A stretch of 25,395 nt of DNA, from the NCBI GenBank assembly GCA_964592885.1, contig CAZQGM010000001.1, positions 1 through 25,395 of the forward strand, given 5' to 3'. The stretch comes from an uncultured Gammaproteobacteria bacterium. Its GTDB lineage: Bacteria > Patescibacteriota > Microgenomatia > UBA10105 > UBA927. The translations under genes and the position numbers were made by a program. Below the pieces are notes generated by a model. The model was not told the origin of the DNA. It did no database searches and was given only the letters and a program-made list of their open reading frames with translations. Numbering within the stretch: position 1 is the stretch's first letter; each line of letters starts with the position of its first letter. Shown here piece after piece: positions 17,689 to 25,395 of this stretch.

Positions 17689-18315
17689 TTAGAAAAGCCC
17701 TATCTGCGCTTCTGCCGCAGGTGGTGGTGGATAGGAAAAATCTACTTCAATCATCGTTTTATTATTCCATTTGTCTGTATATCGAAGATACCCATTCCTC
17801 TTGCCATAATCATACAAATCTCGTGTAAGTGATACATCAGCCTCACAGTAATGCTTAAGCGTTGCCAGACTCTCTGCGGTGCGCTCCGCCCAATATAATA
17901 CTGCATTGGTGCCAACATCAGTTTTATGCTCCCCTAGTGAATCAGTCACGAGAGCGTTTAATGAGAGCTTTCGTCCGATACGTGCCCGAACGACATCCAT
18001 AATGTCAAAGTGTTTCAGTTTCGAAAAATCGTTTTGATAGTATGTCCGAAGTGCAGGGATATCAAAATGTCGTGTGTTAAAGCCGATGATACGATCAGCC
18101 TCTTCAAACCATGGCCACATAGTGGAGATTTGAGGGAACTGTGGCACTTCTGGATCCCAAAAACTCTTCATTTCTCCTGAAACTTCTTCATATGAGCTAT
18201 TGAGGATTCTGCGATATGCAGAAACTACCGACACACCAAGCATACCTGGATCATCTGATGAAATATCAGAAAATAATTTTTTTGTTTCTACATCAAATAC
18301 AACTTCAATGATCAT
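17689..18315 (-). CDS. RNase H-like DEDDy 3'-5' exonuclease domain protein (YprB/RNase_H_2-like)
   Basis: ExoI FDVET, ExoII GFNTRHFD, ExoIII YCEADV. Confidence 0.82.
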   Translation of the reverse strand: MIIEVVFDVETKKLFSDISSDDPGMLGVSVVSAYRRILNSSYEEVSGEMKSFWDPEVPQFPQISTMWPWFEEADRIIGFNTRHFDIPALRTYYQNDFSKLKHFDIMDVVRARIGRKLSLNALVTDSLGEHKTDVGTNAVLYWAERTAESLATLKHYCEADVSLTRDLYDYGKRNGYLRYTDKWNNKTMIEVDFSYPPPPAAEAQIGLF

Positions 18316-18492
18316 AGTGTTGTGTCAGCTGTATGTACTTTCGATTATATCGCTATCCTTATTATTGTGATATTTACTACACCCCTCTAGGGTTTTTATA
18401 AAAATAATGTGCACGATGCAACTAACAGAGGGTAAACTACTTATGACAAATTGTGAATAGTCAAAATAGTGTACATATCAAAAGAGCGTTCA

Positions 18493-18501
18493 TGATACTA
18501 T
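18493..18501 (+). promoter_or_regulatory. Extended -10 for the NRAMP-like gene
   Basis: TG-a-TACTAT 8 nt before ATG 18510; no SD. Confidence 0.55.
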
Positions 18502-18509
18502 GATTTTAT

Positions 18510-19784
18510 ATGCGATCAGCCATACGAAACGCTGTCAATTTTTTTAAAACGCTCGGACCTGGACTGGTCACCGGTGCGTCAGATGACGACCCATCTGGAA
18601 TCGCGACATATTCGATCGCCGGCGCACAGTATGGCTATCAGCTAAATTTCCTCTCCCTCTGGCTTCTCCCCGGAATGGTGGCAGTGCAGGAAATGTCGGC
18701 ACGACTAGGTCTCATCACCGGAAAAGGACTTGCACGAATAGTACGCGACCGATGGGGTCGTCCGTTTGCTACAATTGCGGTTCTTTTGTTTCTGGTCGCG
18801 ACAATCCTAAATATTGGAGCTGATCTCGCGGTCATGGCAGAAGTTATGAGCGATCTGGTCTCGTTTCCTTGGATCTGGGGGTTACTTGGTTTTTCACTTA
18901 TCATTATCATCTTAGAAGTATTTGTCCCGTATCGGATATATGCTCGGATTCTATTGGGCCTTTCTGCATTTTTACTCGTCTACCCAGTAACCGCACTCGT
19001 TACGTCCCAACCTTGGGGACTCATTTTAAAAAACGTACTTATTCCGACGTTTACGTTGTCTCCTCAATTTTTCATGACCATGATCGGCTTTGTCGGCACT
19101 ACGATTACACCCTTTATGTTTTTCTGGCAAACATCACAAGAAGTGGAAGAAGAGATCCTTAAAGGTGAAACACATGATTTTAACAGACGTCCTCATATGA
19201 GGAAAAATGATATTCTTTCGATGCGTCGCGAAACATGGTTTGGGATGATTTTTTCAAATCTTATCACGTTTTTTATCATCCTGACGACCGCAAGCACACT
19301 TTGGAGTCACGGTGTTCACTCTATTGATACTGCACGGGATGCAGCGCTCGCGCTCAAACCATTTGCTGGCGATCGAGCATATCTCCTTTTTTCACTCGGT
19401 ATCATTGGTATTGGCCTTCAAGCTGTACCCGTTATGGCTGGCGCCATAGGATATGCAATTGCGGAGCTTTTTGGGAAAGCCGAAGGACTCGGAAAACCGT
19501 TTCGGAAAGCGAAATGGTTTTATATAGCCATCATACTAGCAACAGTGAGTGGCGCTCTGTTGATGCTTACCGGAATTAAGCCAATGGCTGCACTCTATTT
19601 TTCGGCAGTCGTAAATGGGATCCTTGCTGTCCCACTTCTCATTCTCATCTTGAAGCTTGCCAACGACCATCGTATTGTCGGCAACAAAACAACCCCACGT
19701 TTCTTATATGTCGTCGGCGTACTTACAACCGTTTTTATGGCTGCTTCAGTTGGTATTTTGTTCTGGCAAAGCGTTACCAACTAA
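18510..19784 (+). CDS. NRAMP/SLC11-related divalent cation transporter (non-canonical, NRMT-like)
   Basis: LGPGL..GASDDDPSGIATYS, QEMSARLG..TG.GL, NIGADL, GTTITPF. About 11 TM segments. Confidence 0.88.
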   Translation: MRSAIRNAVNFFKTLGPGLVTGASDDDPSGIATYSIAGAQYGYQLNFLSLWLLPGMVAVQEMSARLGLITGKGLARIVRDRWGRPFATIAVLLFLVATILNIGADLAVMAEVMSDLVSFPWIWGLLGFSLIIIILEVFVPYRIYARILLGLSAFLLVYPVTALVTSQPWGLILKNVLIPTFTLSPQFFMTMIGFVGTTITPFMFFWQTSQEVEEEILKGETHDFNRRPHMRKNDILSMRRETWFGMIFSNLITFFIILTTASTLWSHGVHSIDTARDAALALKPFAGDRAYLLFSLGIIGIGLQAVPVMAGAIGYAIAELFGKAEGLGKPFRKAKWFYIAIILATVSGALLMLTGIKPMAALYFSAVVNGILAVPLLILILKLANDHRIVGNKTTPRFLYVVGVLTTVFMAASVGILFWQSVTN

Positions 19785-19811
19785 ATATTCTATCCTATAT
19801 TCTTTTACTCC

Positions 19812-19841
19812 TTGCAAATGTTAGGCATTGATACCTATGAT
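19812..19841 (+). promoter_or_regulatory. Candidate sigma70 promoter for the GH130 pair
   Basis: TTGCAA (19812-19817), 18-nt spacer, TATGAT (19836-19841). Confidence 0.45.
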
Positions 19842-19910
19842 GGATATAGGCATCTTTTGAGGCCTATTTTGTCAGTATTTATAACATTTCTTTAGAAGAA
19901 AAACGTTTGT

Positions 19911-21785
19911 ATGTCCGAAACTCTGCCGCACAACCCATCAACCGGAATTAAAGCACTCGGCGTCTATTCTACTGGTACGGTTGTCTACCTCTACTATCTT
20001 AAATTTGACAATGGAACCGCTACACCGAATATCGATAAAAGTACTGATGGTACGTCTTTCTCGCCAACGGGAAATGTATTTAGTATCAAAACGTCTGCTT
20101 CCGATACCGAAGATTTGAGTAAATGTTCTGATTTCCGCATATCAAAAATCCGTGACCAGTACGTGTTGGTCTACAAAATAAACCCCAATCACCAGGCGCA
20201 TATGTGTTTGGCCACTTCTATCGATCTGGTGACATGGACAAAGCTTGGGAAAATTTCCGCAAATCCAGAAGTATCGATGGTTACTCCTGACACGATGATC
20301 GATGACCAGGCGGTGCTTTTCTCTGGAGAAAAATCTATCAAGGTCGCATTTTCTCATGACATGCGACATTGGTTGACAGAAAAAAATCCAATCATTGCAC
20401 GGATGCCAGAGCATTTTGACAACGCTCATTTGACCGTGGCAACTATCAAACGGACAGATGCGGGCATCGTCATTTTGTACTACGTCAAGCGAACGGAGCA
20501 CGGCAATCATTTTTATGCTATCAATACTGCCCTTGTCGATAAAAATAATCCTCGTAAACTCATCTGGACATCCAAGCAGACCATTTGGGAACAAACCGAT
20601 CACTGGACAGAGAAACCGGTGACACCAATTGGTATCGCAGAACTCGGATCTTCACTTCTCTCATTTTGGGAATCCGACGGTAGCATTTTTACGATCCTCC
20701 ATACACCTATCGAAAAGATTCTCAGTGATCGAAAAAATATCTCATTTTTATTCCTGAAGCGAATCAAAGAGAATCCAATTCTCAAACCAATCGCTGATCA
20801 TTTCTGGGAATCAAAAGCAGTATTTAATCCAGCTGCTATTTACGAAGATGGCAAAGTCCATCTCGTATATCGTGCAATAGGTGACCATGACCGGTCGATG
20901 CTTGGCTATGCGTCCAGCAGTGATGGCGTACATATTGACGAGCGTTTAGCTGAACCATGCTATGTCCCAACCGAAGCCTTTGAAGGACACGCCCCACAGT
21001 TTACGACCATCCCTGAGGGTATGACGGTCGGCTCGTATGTGTCCGGTGGCGGTGGTGCTGGAGGAGTTGAAGATCCGAGACTTACGAAAATTGGCGATAC
21101 GATTTATATGACATATGTTGCGTATGATGGGTGGAGCGGACCCCGAGTAGCACTTACATCAATCAAATCCCAAGATTTTGTCGAGAAAAAGTGGACATGG
21201 GCTAAACCAATCCTCATCTCGCCGCCAGGAGTCATCGATAAAAACTGTGTTCTCTTCCCTGAAAAGATAAATGGCAAATTCGTCATGTACCACAGAATTT
21301 ATCCAAATATGCTTGTGGATTATCTCGATGATCTAGATTTTGATGGAGAAACAAAATTCCTCAAATACAATGGTGATGCCATCATCCATCCCAGGCGAAC
21401 TAGTTGGGATTCCAGAAAAATCGGAGCAGGTGCGCCTCCTATCAAGACGAAATACGGATGGCTACTTATCTATCATTCAGTCGGTGAACAGGAAAGTAAC
21501 CGGTATAAAATGGGTGCCATGATTTTGGATCAAAACGACCCATCCAAGGTGCTATTTCGATCCAGAAATCCAATCCTTTCCCCAGATATGCATTACGAAA
21601 ATGAGGGCATGAAATATGGGGTAGCGTACCCATGCGGAGCCGCTCAAGTTGGAGACCAATTATTTGTCTATTATGGTGGCGCCGACATGGTGGTATGCGC
21701 GGCCCAAGCACATATGGACGAATTTTTAGATGAACTGGTGACACACGGCACGACACACTTGGAACCGGTGCACATGGGTTTGTAA
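19911..21785 (+). CDS. GH130-family beta-mannoside phosphorylase-like protein with a degenerate N-terminal propeller
   Basis: C-terminal domain (~20755-21785): NPIL.P...WES..VFNP, EDPR, DKN..LFPEKINGK...HR, KIGAGAPP, YH, YYGGAD. The N-terminal domain aligns weakly to the same fold. Confidence 0.85.
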   Translation: MSETLPHNPSTGIKALGVYSTGTVVYLYYLKFDNGTATPNIDKSTDGTSFSPTGNVFSIKTSASDTEDLSKCSDFRISKIRDQYVLVYKINPNHQAHMCLATSIDLVTWTKLGKISANPEVSMVTPDTMIDDQAVLFSGEKSIKVAFSHDMRHWLTEKNPIIARMPEHFDNAHLTVATIKRTDAGIVILYYVKRTEHGNHFYAINTALVDKNNPRKLIWTSKQTIWEQTDHWTEKPVTPIGIAELGSSLLSFWESDGSIFTILHTPIEKILSDRKNISFLFLKRIKENPILKPIADHFWESKAVFNPAAIYEDGKVHLVYRAIGDHDRSMLGYASSSDGVHIDERLAEPCYVPTEAFEGHAPQFTTIPEGMTVGSYVSGGGGAGGVEDPRLTKIGDTIYMTYVAYDGWSGPRVALTSIKSQDFVEKKWTWAKPILISPPGVIDKNCVLFPEKINGKFVMYHRIYPNMLVDYLDDLDFDGETKFLKYNGDAIIHPRRTSWDSRKIGAGAPPIKTKYGWLLIYHSVGEQESNRYKMGAMILDQNDPSKVLFRSRNPILSPDMHYENEGMKYGVAYPCGAAQVGDQLFVYYGGADMVVCAAQAHMDEFLDELVTHGTTHLEPVHMGL

Positions 21786-21813
21786 TATATACTTCAGACA
21801 AAAAGGAGAGATC

Positions 21814-23745
21814 ATGATTGTAGTACGACGTCACCAGCTCAATCCTATTTTTTTTTTTTACTCGGAACTTTCGTGGGAAGCACTGGGTGCCTTCAATGGA
21901 TGTATCGCTAAAAATGACGATCTGTACTACATGGTGTATCGAGCAGCCGCAGAAAAAACTCGGTATGCAAATAGGGAAATTTCTATCTCTTCAATCGGTT
22001 TTGCAGAAAGCCACGACGGTATACGGTTTGATAAACGTCGACAACTGATCAAACCAGAAGAAGAATGGGAAAAGTATGGATGTGAAGACCCGCGTATCAC
22101 AAAAATCGATGATACCTATTATATCTTTTATACTGCGCTCTCCACATTTCCATTTGGTGCCGAAGGTATCAAAGTAGCGGTTGCCACGACTAAAGACATG
22201 AAGACGATTGATGCACGGCACCCCGTCACGCCATTTAACGCTAAAGCCATGGCACTATTTCCAGAAAAAATTAATGGAAAATTCACTGCTATCCTTACAG
22301 CTGATACTGATCTCCCACCCTCAAAAATTTCGATTGCCACATTTGACCGTGAGGAAGACATGTGGGATCAAGATAAATGGAAAGAGTGGTACAAACATAT
22401 CGATGAACATACCATTCCTATCCAACGTTCGGTGCATGATCATGTGGAGGTTGGTGGACCACCCATCAAGACACCACAAGGATGGATCCTCATCTACTCC
22501 TATATCCATAATTATTTCAAAGGTGATAGTCGGATATTTGCTATCGAAGCGGTACTTCTGGACCTTGAAGACCCCCGAAAAATCATTGGACGAACATCGG
22601 AGCCGCTGTTAGTTCCTGAAAAATCGTACGAACTAGCTGGCACAGTCACGAACTGTATTTTTCCAACCTGTGCAGTTCTTGAAGGCACCACGCTCTGTAT
22701 CTATTATGGAGCGGCGGATACGACTATCTGTGAAGCGGAGCTTTCGATGCCCAAGCTTCTCAAGATCATGACCGAACCCGAGCTTCCACCAAACGAACAT
22801 CGAGTTAGATTGACACGGTATGAAGGTAATCCATTTCTCCTTCCGATTGAAGGAAATACATGGGAGAGTAAACTAACATTTAACCCTTCAGCCATCTATG
22901 AAGACGGAAAAGTTCACATTCTATATCGTGCTATGGGAAAGGATGATACGTCCGTCGTGGGATATGCCTCATCACGAGATGGATTCCATCTATCCGAGCG
23001 TCTTGACTACCCGATCTATACACCACGCGAACCGTTTGAACTTAAATATCATCCAGGGAATTCTGGCGCTGAGGATCCGCGCATCACAAGAATTGGCGAT
23101 GATTACATCATTTGCTACTGCGCATTTGATGGGAATAATCCACCACGGTGTGCACTCACAACGATAAAGGTTGATGATTTTCTTTCTAAGCGGTGGAAAT
23201 TTACTAAATCAGTCCTCATCTCCCCACCTGGGATTGATGACAAAGATCATTGCGTCTTCCCAGAAAAAATTAATGGAAAGTACTGCATCATCCACCGATT
23301 TAATCCGCACATGTGGATTGACTATGTGGACTCGCTTGATTTCACCGATGGTAAATTCATCCGAGGAGAAATTATGATGTCTCCATCAATATTTGGATGG
23401 GATAATGAAAAGATTGGTCTCGGTGGGACACCTATCAAGACTGACCGTGGATGGTTACTGACCTATCACGCTATCTCAAAAACCGATTTTATGTATCGGA
23501 TAGGTGCAATTCTTGTAGACCTTGAGAATCCATCACGCATCATCGGAAAGCTACCGTATCCACTCCTAGAACCGGAAATGCCATATGAAACCAGCGGCAT
23601 GCGACCAGGCACGGTATTTGTGTGTGGTAATGTGGTACTCAACGGCGACCTACTTGTGTATTATGGCGCAGGAGATTCTGTCTCGGGGGTAGCTTCTACT
23701 CCCCTGGCTCCGCTTATCGATGCCTTGGTCGAATCAGGACGATAA
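21814..23745 (+). CDS. Tandem two-domain GH130-family glycosidase/phosphorylase
   Basis: Two EDPR motifs (22084-22095 and 23071-23082), two LFPEKINGK/VFPEKINGK and two YYGA.D motifs. SD AAGGAG upstream. Confidence 0.88.
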   Translation: MIVVRRHQLNPIFFFYSELSWEALGAFNGCIAKNDDLYYMVYRAAAEKTRYANREISISSIGFAESHDGIRFDKRRQLIKPEEEWEKYGCEDPRITKIDDTYYIFYTALSTFPFGAEGIKVAVATTKDMKTIDARHPVTPFNAKAMALFPEKINGKFTAILTADTDLPPSKISIATFDREEDMWDQDKWKEWYKHIDEHTIPIQRSVHDHVEVGGPPIKTPQGWILIYSYIHNYFKGDSRIFAIEAVLLDLEDPRKIIGRTSEPLLVPEKSYELAGTVTNCIFPTCAVLEGTTLCIYYGAADTTICEAELSMPKLLKIMTEPELPPNEHRVRLTRYEGNPFLLPIEGNTWESKLTFNPSAIYEDGKVHILYRAMGKDDTSVVGYASSRDGFHLSERLDYPIYTPREPFELKYHPGNSGAEDPRITRIGDDYIICYCAFDGNNPPRCALTTIKVDDFLSKRWKFTKSVLISPPGIDDKDHCVFPEKINGKYCIIHRFNPHMWIDYVDSLDFTDGKFIRGEIMMSPSIFGWDNEKIGLGGTPIKTDRGWLLTYHAISKTDFMYRIGAILVDLENPSRIIGKLPYPLLEPEMPYETSGMRPGTVFVCGNVVLNGDLLVYYGAGDSVSGVASTPLAPLIDALVESGR

Positions 23746-23818
23746 CGTTTTCCTTCGTAGACACTATTAGCCTATGCATATATGGATCCTCGAAGTGATC
23801 CATATTACCAGTGTAGAC

Positions 23819-23846
23819 ATGTATCACGATTCGAATCGTGATACAT
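23819..23846. repeat. Perfect 28-bp palindrome between convergent genes
   Basis: ATGTATCACGATTCGAATCGTGATACAT is its own reverse complement. Confidence 0.95.
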
Positions 23847-23856
23847 AGTAGCACCG

Positions 23857-24525
23857 TCACGATAATAAAATTTGCCGAATAATCTCTGCTCCTCCGATAA
23901 GCGCATGACATATCATGATGGCATAGATATTTCGATCTCGAAGATATACTTTAGAAGACCATAGCCCAAAAATCAGTGCAACTCCGACGACATACCAATT
24001 GCCAAATGGTACATGCATGAGTGCAAATACTACGGCGGAAATCCATACTATATGCGACTGGTTATTGCTTATGCTCGTAAGACGCCAAATTACATATCCT
24101 CGAAAAATCACCTCTTGAAGTGGAACTGAAATAAAAACATATATAAGTAATCCAATAATATTTCCGTATGATGTGATCCCCTGAAGCATTTCTGGAAATA
24201 CGCCAATCCGGATATTTCCTATTCCAAACGCAACTAAAAGTAGACCTATGCCTAGCGACAGCACAATGAGCGATTTGATCGAAGATATGAAGCGCTCTTT
24301 TCGTAAACCGAAATCGTGTACATGCGCGTTCGCCAGATATGCGATAACGCATACATACCCTACCCCAATCCCAACTACTACCGTCTGGTACATCAACAGC
24401 TGAGGGTACGAACTAAGCACGATCAAAGGAATACATACGAAGAAAACACTTTCAACTAATAGGATTAGTGAACTAGATAGTAATCGTTTCATTTTTTGGG
24501 GTGCTTGATACGTCGCAGGTTTCAA
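23857..24525 (-). CDS. CPBP/Abi (CAAX protease-like) intramembrane metalloprotease
   Basis: Multi-TM protein with QEVIFRG, F..MH and a C-terminal H. Start uncertain (TTG 24525 or ATG 24492). Confidence 0.85.
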   Translation of the reverse strand: MKPATYQAPQKMKRLLSSSLILLVESVFFVCIPLIVLSSYPQLLMYQTVVVGIGVGYVCVIAYLANAHVHDFGLRKERFISSIKSLIVLSLGIGLLLVAFGIGNIRIGVFPEMLQGITSYGNIIGLLIYVFISVPLQEVIFRGYVIWRLTSISNNQSHIVWISAVVFALMHVPFGNWYVVGVALIFGLWSSKVYLRDRNIYAIMICHALIGGAEIIRQILLS

Positions 24526-24562
24526 AGATGCATAAAACTATACATATCATTATACTTTCAGT
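24526..24562. promoter_or_regulatory. Divergent promoters for the CPBP and transglutaminase-like genes
   Basis: Plus strand: TATACT (24551-24556) 6 nt before ATG 24563. Minus strand: TATAGT (24542-24537) 11 nt before TTG 24525. Confidence 0.5.
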
Positions 24563-25060
24563 ATGGATTTATTCGTACTAGGAGTCTGTCTATACCTCAT
24601 CCTCGTTTTTATGGGGATTCGTCTTATCGTCCCGTATTACGGATTTACGACCCCAGAAGTTCCTAAACAAATCCCTGCATTTCTCGCTAAAGAAGTTACA
24701 TCGATAAAAAACGCATCATTTTCAAAAGAGCATTTTTTGAGGTCAGCCTTTCAGTTACTCGTGGATAGATACTATGGTGGACGATGGGAAACGCTCGTGT
24801 ATGCCAACCGCGCATTTGAACCCATAGGAAGACGAGAATCTGGATTTATCCCATGTAATATCTTTAATCACCTCATGCGAACCATCCTTGTAGCTAGTGG
24901 GGAGTTTTCTAATGATGAAATCAAAACAGTTGTGGTTCCTCTAAATTTCTTCATTCATCAGTATTTAAAAGTACGCATTGGCGACAGATGGATCGACATC
25001 GATCCAACATACCATCGCCTCGGTATTCCATATGGCAAGCATGCTATCTGGTTTGCATAG
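24563..25060 (+). CDS. Membrane-anchored transglutaminase-like (Cys-His-Asp) protein
   Basis: N-terminal TM helix; Cys98 (GFIPCN), His132 (HQYLKV), Asp147 (WIDIDPT) match the transglutaminase-like triad pattern. Confidence 0.7.
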   Translation: MDLFVLGVCLYLILVFMGIRLIVPYYGFTTPEVPKQIPAFLAKEVTSIKNASFSKEHFLRSAFQLLVDRYYGGRWETLVYANRAFEPIGRRESGFIPCNIFNHLMRTILVASGEFSNDEIKTVVVPLNFFIHQYLKVRIGDRWIDIDPTYHRLGIPYGKHAIWFA

Positions 25061-25069
25061 TAAATATAT

Positions 25070-25395
25070 ATGAAATCTAATGCGCTTATTATCGTTGATG
25101 TTCAAAACGACTTTTGTCCCGGCGGATCGTATCCTGTACCAGATGGTGATACGATTCTCACGCCGATCAACACACTCATAGCATATGCACGAGCAAATAA
25201 TTGGTTTATCGCCTTTTCTCGTGATTGGCACCCATCAGATATGCCAGGATCACGACATTGTATCCAAGGAACTGACGGAGCAAGATTTCATCCACAACTG
25301 GATATACGTGAATCTGACCCTGTCATTTCAAAAGGGATGGATGTAAGCCCAAAGCATTATTCGGCATTTAATGGTGATGATATACATCTGGATTC
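25070..25395 (+). CDS. pncA: Nicotinamidase/pyrazinamidase (isochorismatase family), 3' truncated; absent from the ORF track
   Basis: My translation: MKSNALIIVDVQNDFCPGGSYPVPDG...SRDWHP...HCIQGTDGARFHP...ISKG....YSAF, which carries the PncA motifs. Confidence 0.88.
   Translation, partial: MKSNALIIVDVQNDFCPGGSYPVPDGDTILTPINTLIAYARANNWFIAFSRDWHPSDMPGSRHCIQGTDGARFHPQLDIRESDPVISKGMDVSPKHYSAFNGDDIHLD

Noticed and set aside
17514-17828. 104-aa plus-strand ORF
   Set aside because: Overlaps the exonuclease and Zn-ribbon genes on the opposite strand; no recognisable motifs.
18316-18509. M-box or yybP-ykoY riboswitch upstream of the NRAMP-like gene
   Set aside because: No conserved riboswitch motifs, AT-rich, and the -10 box sits 8 nt from the ATG, leaving no leader. 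TTTTTATAAAAA and the TTGTGAA half-site are not convincing operators.
1-25395. CRISPR array, tRNA/rRNA, IS or prophage, alternative genetic code
   Set aside because: No spaced direct repeats, cloverleaf or rRNA motifs, transposase or integrase were seen. TGA terminates several clear genes (PBP-1, uppP, sodA), which excludes code 25.

Overview
Bacterial chromosomal segment (standard code 11: TGA is used as a stop), densely coding and moderately AT-rich. No rRNA, tRNA, CRISPR array, integrase or transposase was recognised. Gene content and style (tandem class A PBPs, stand-alone RNase H-like exonuclease, double-domain GH130 proteins, scarce Shine-Dalgarno sites) suggest a CPR/Patescibacteria genome, possibly Microgenomates; this is inference only. 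Gene order: cupin, gapN, VOC protein, three-gene ABC-2 exporter and sodA (all minus); two tandem class A PBPs (+); RRM protein (-); uppP (+); Cys-rich membrane protein, ahpC and P-type ATPase (-); patatin and SAM methyltransferase (+); Zn-ribbon mini-protein and DEDDy exonuclease (-); NRAMP-like transporter and two double-propeller GH130 proteins (+); CPBP protease (-); transglutaminase-like protein and truncated pncA (+). The most interesting signals are: (i) a four-propeller GH130 locus with one degenerate, one hydrolase-like and two phosphorylase-like domains, plus an in-frame T12 tract; (ii) a -10 box 6-12 nt ahead of most operon-leading start codons, implying near-leaderless mRNAs; (iii) unexplained intergenic elements: a switch-like structured region before gapN, two related ~85% purine tracts, and a perfect 28-bp palindrome; (iv) two metal transporters with non-canonical selectivity residues.
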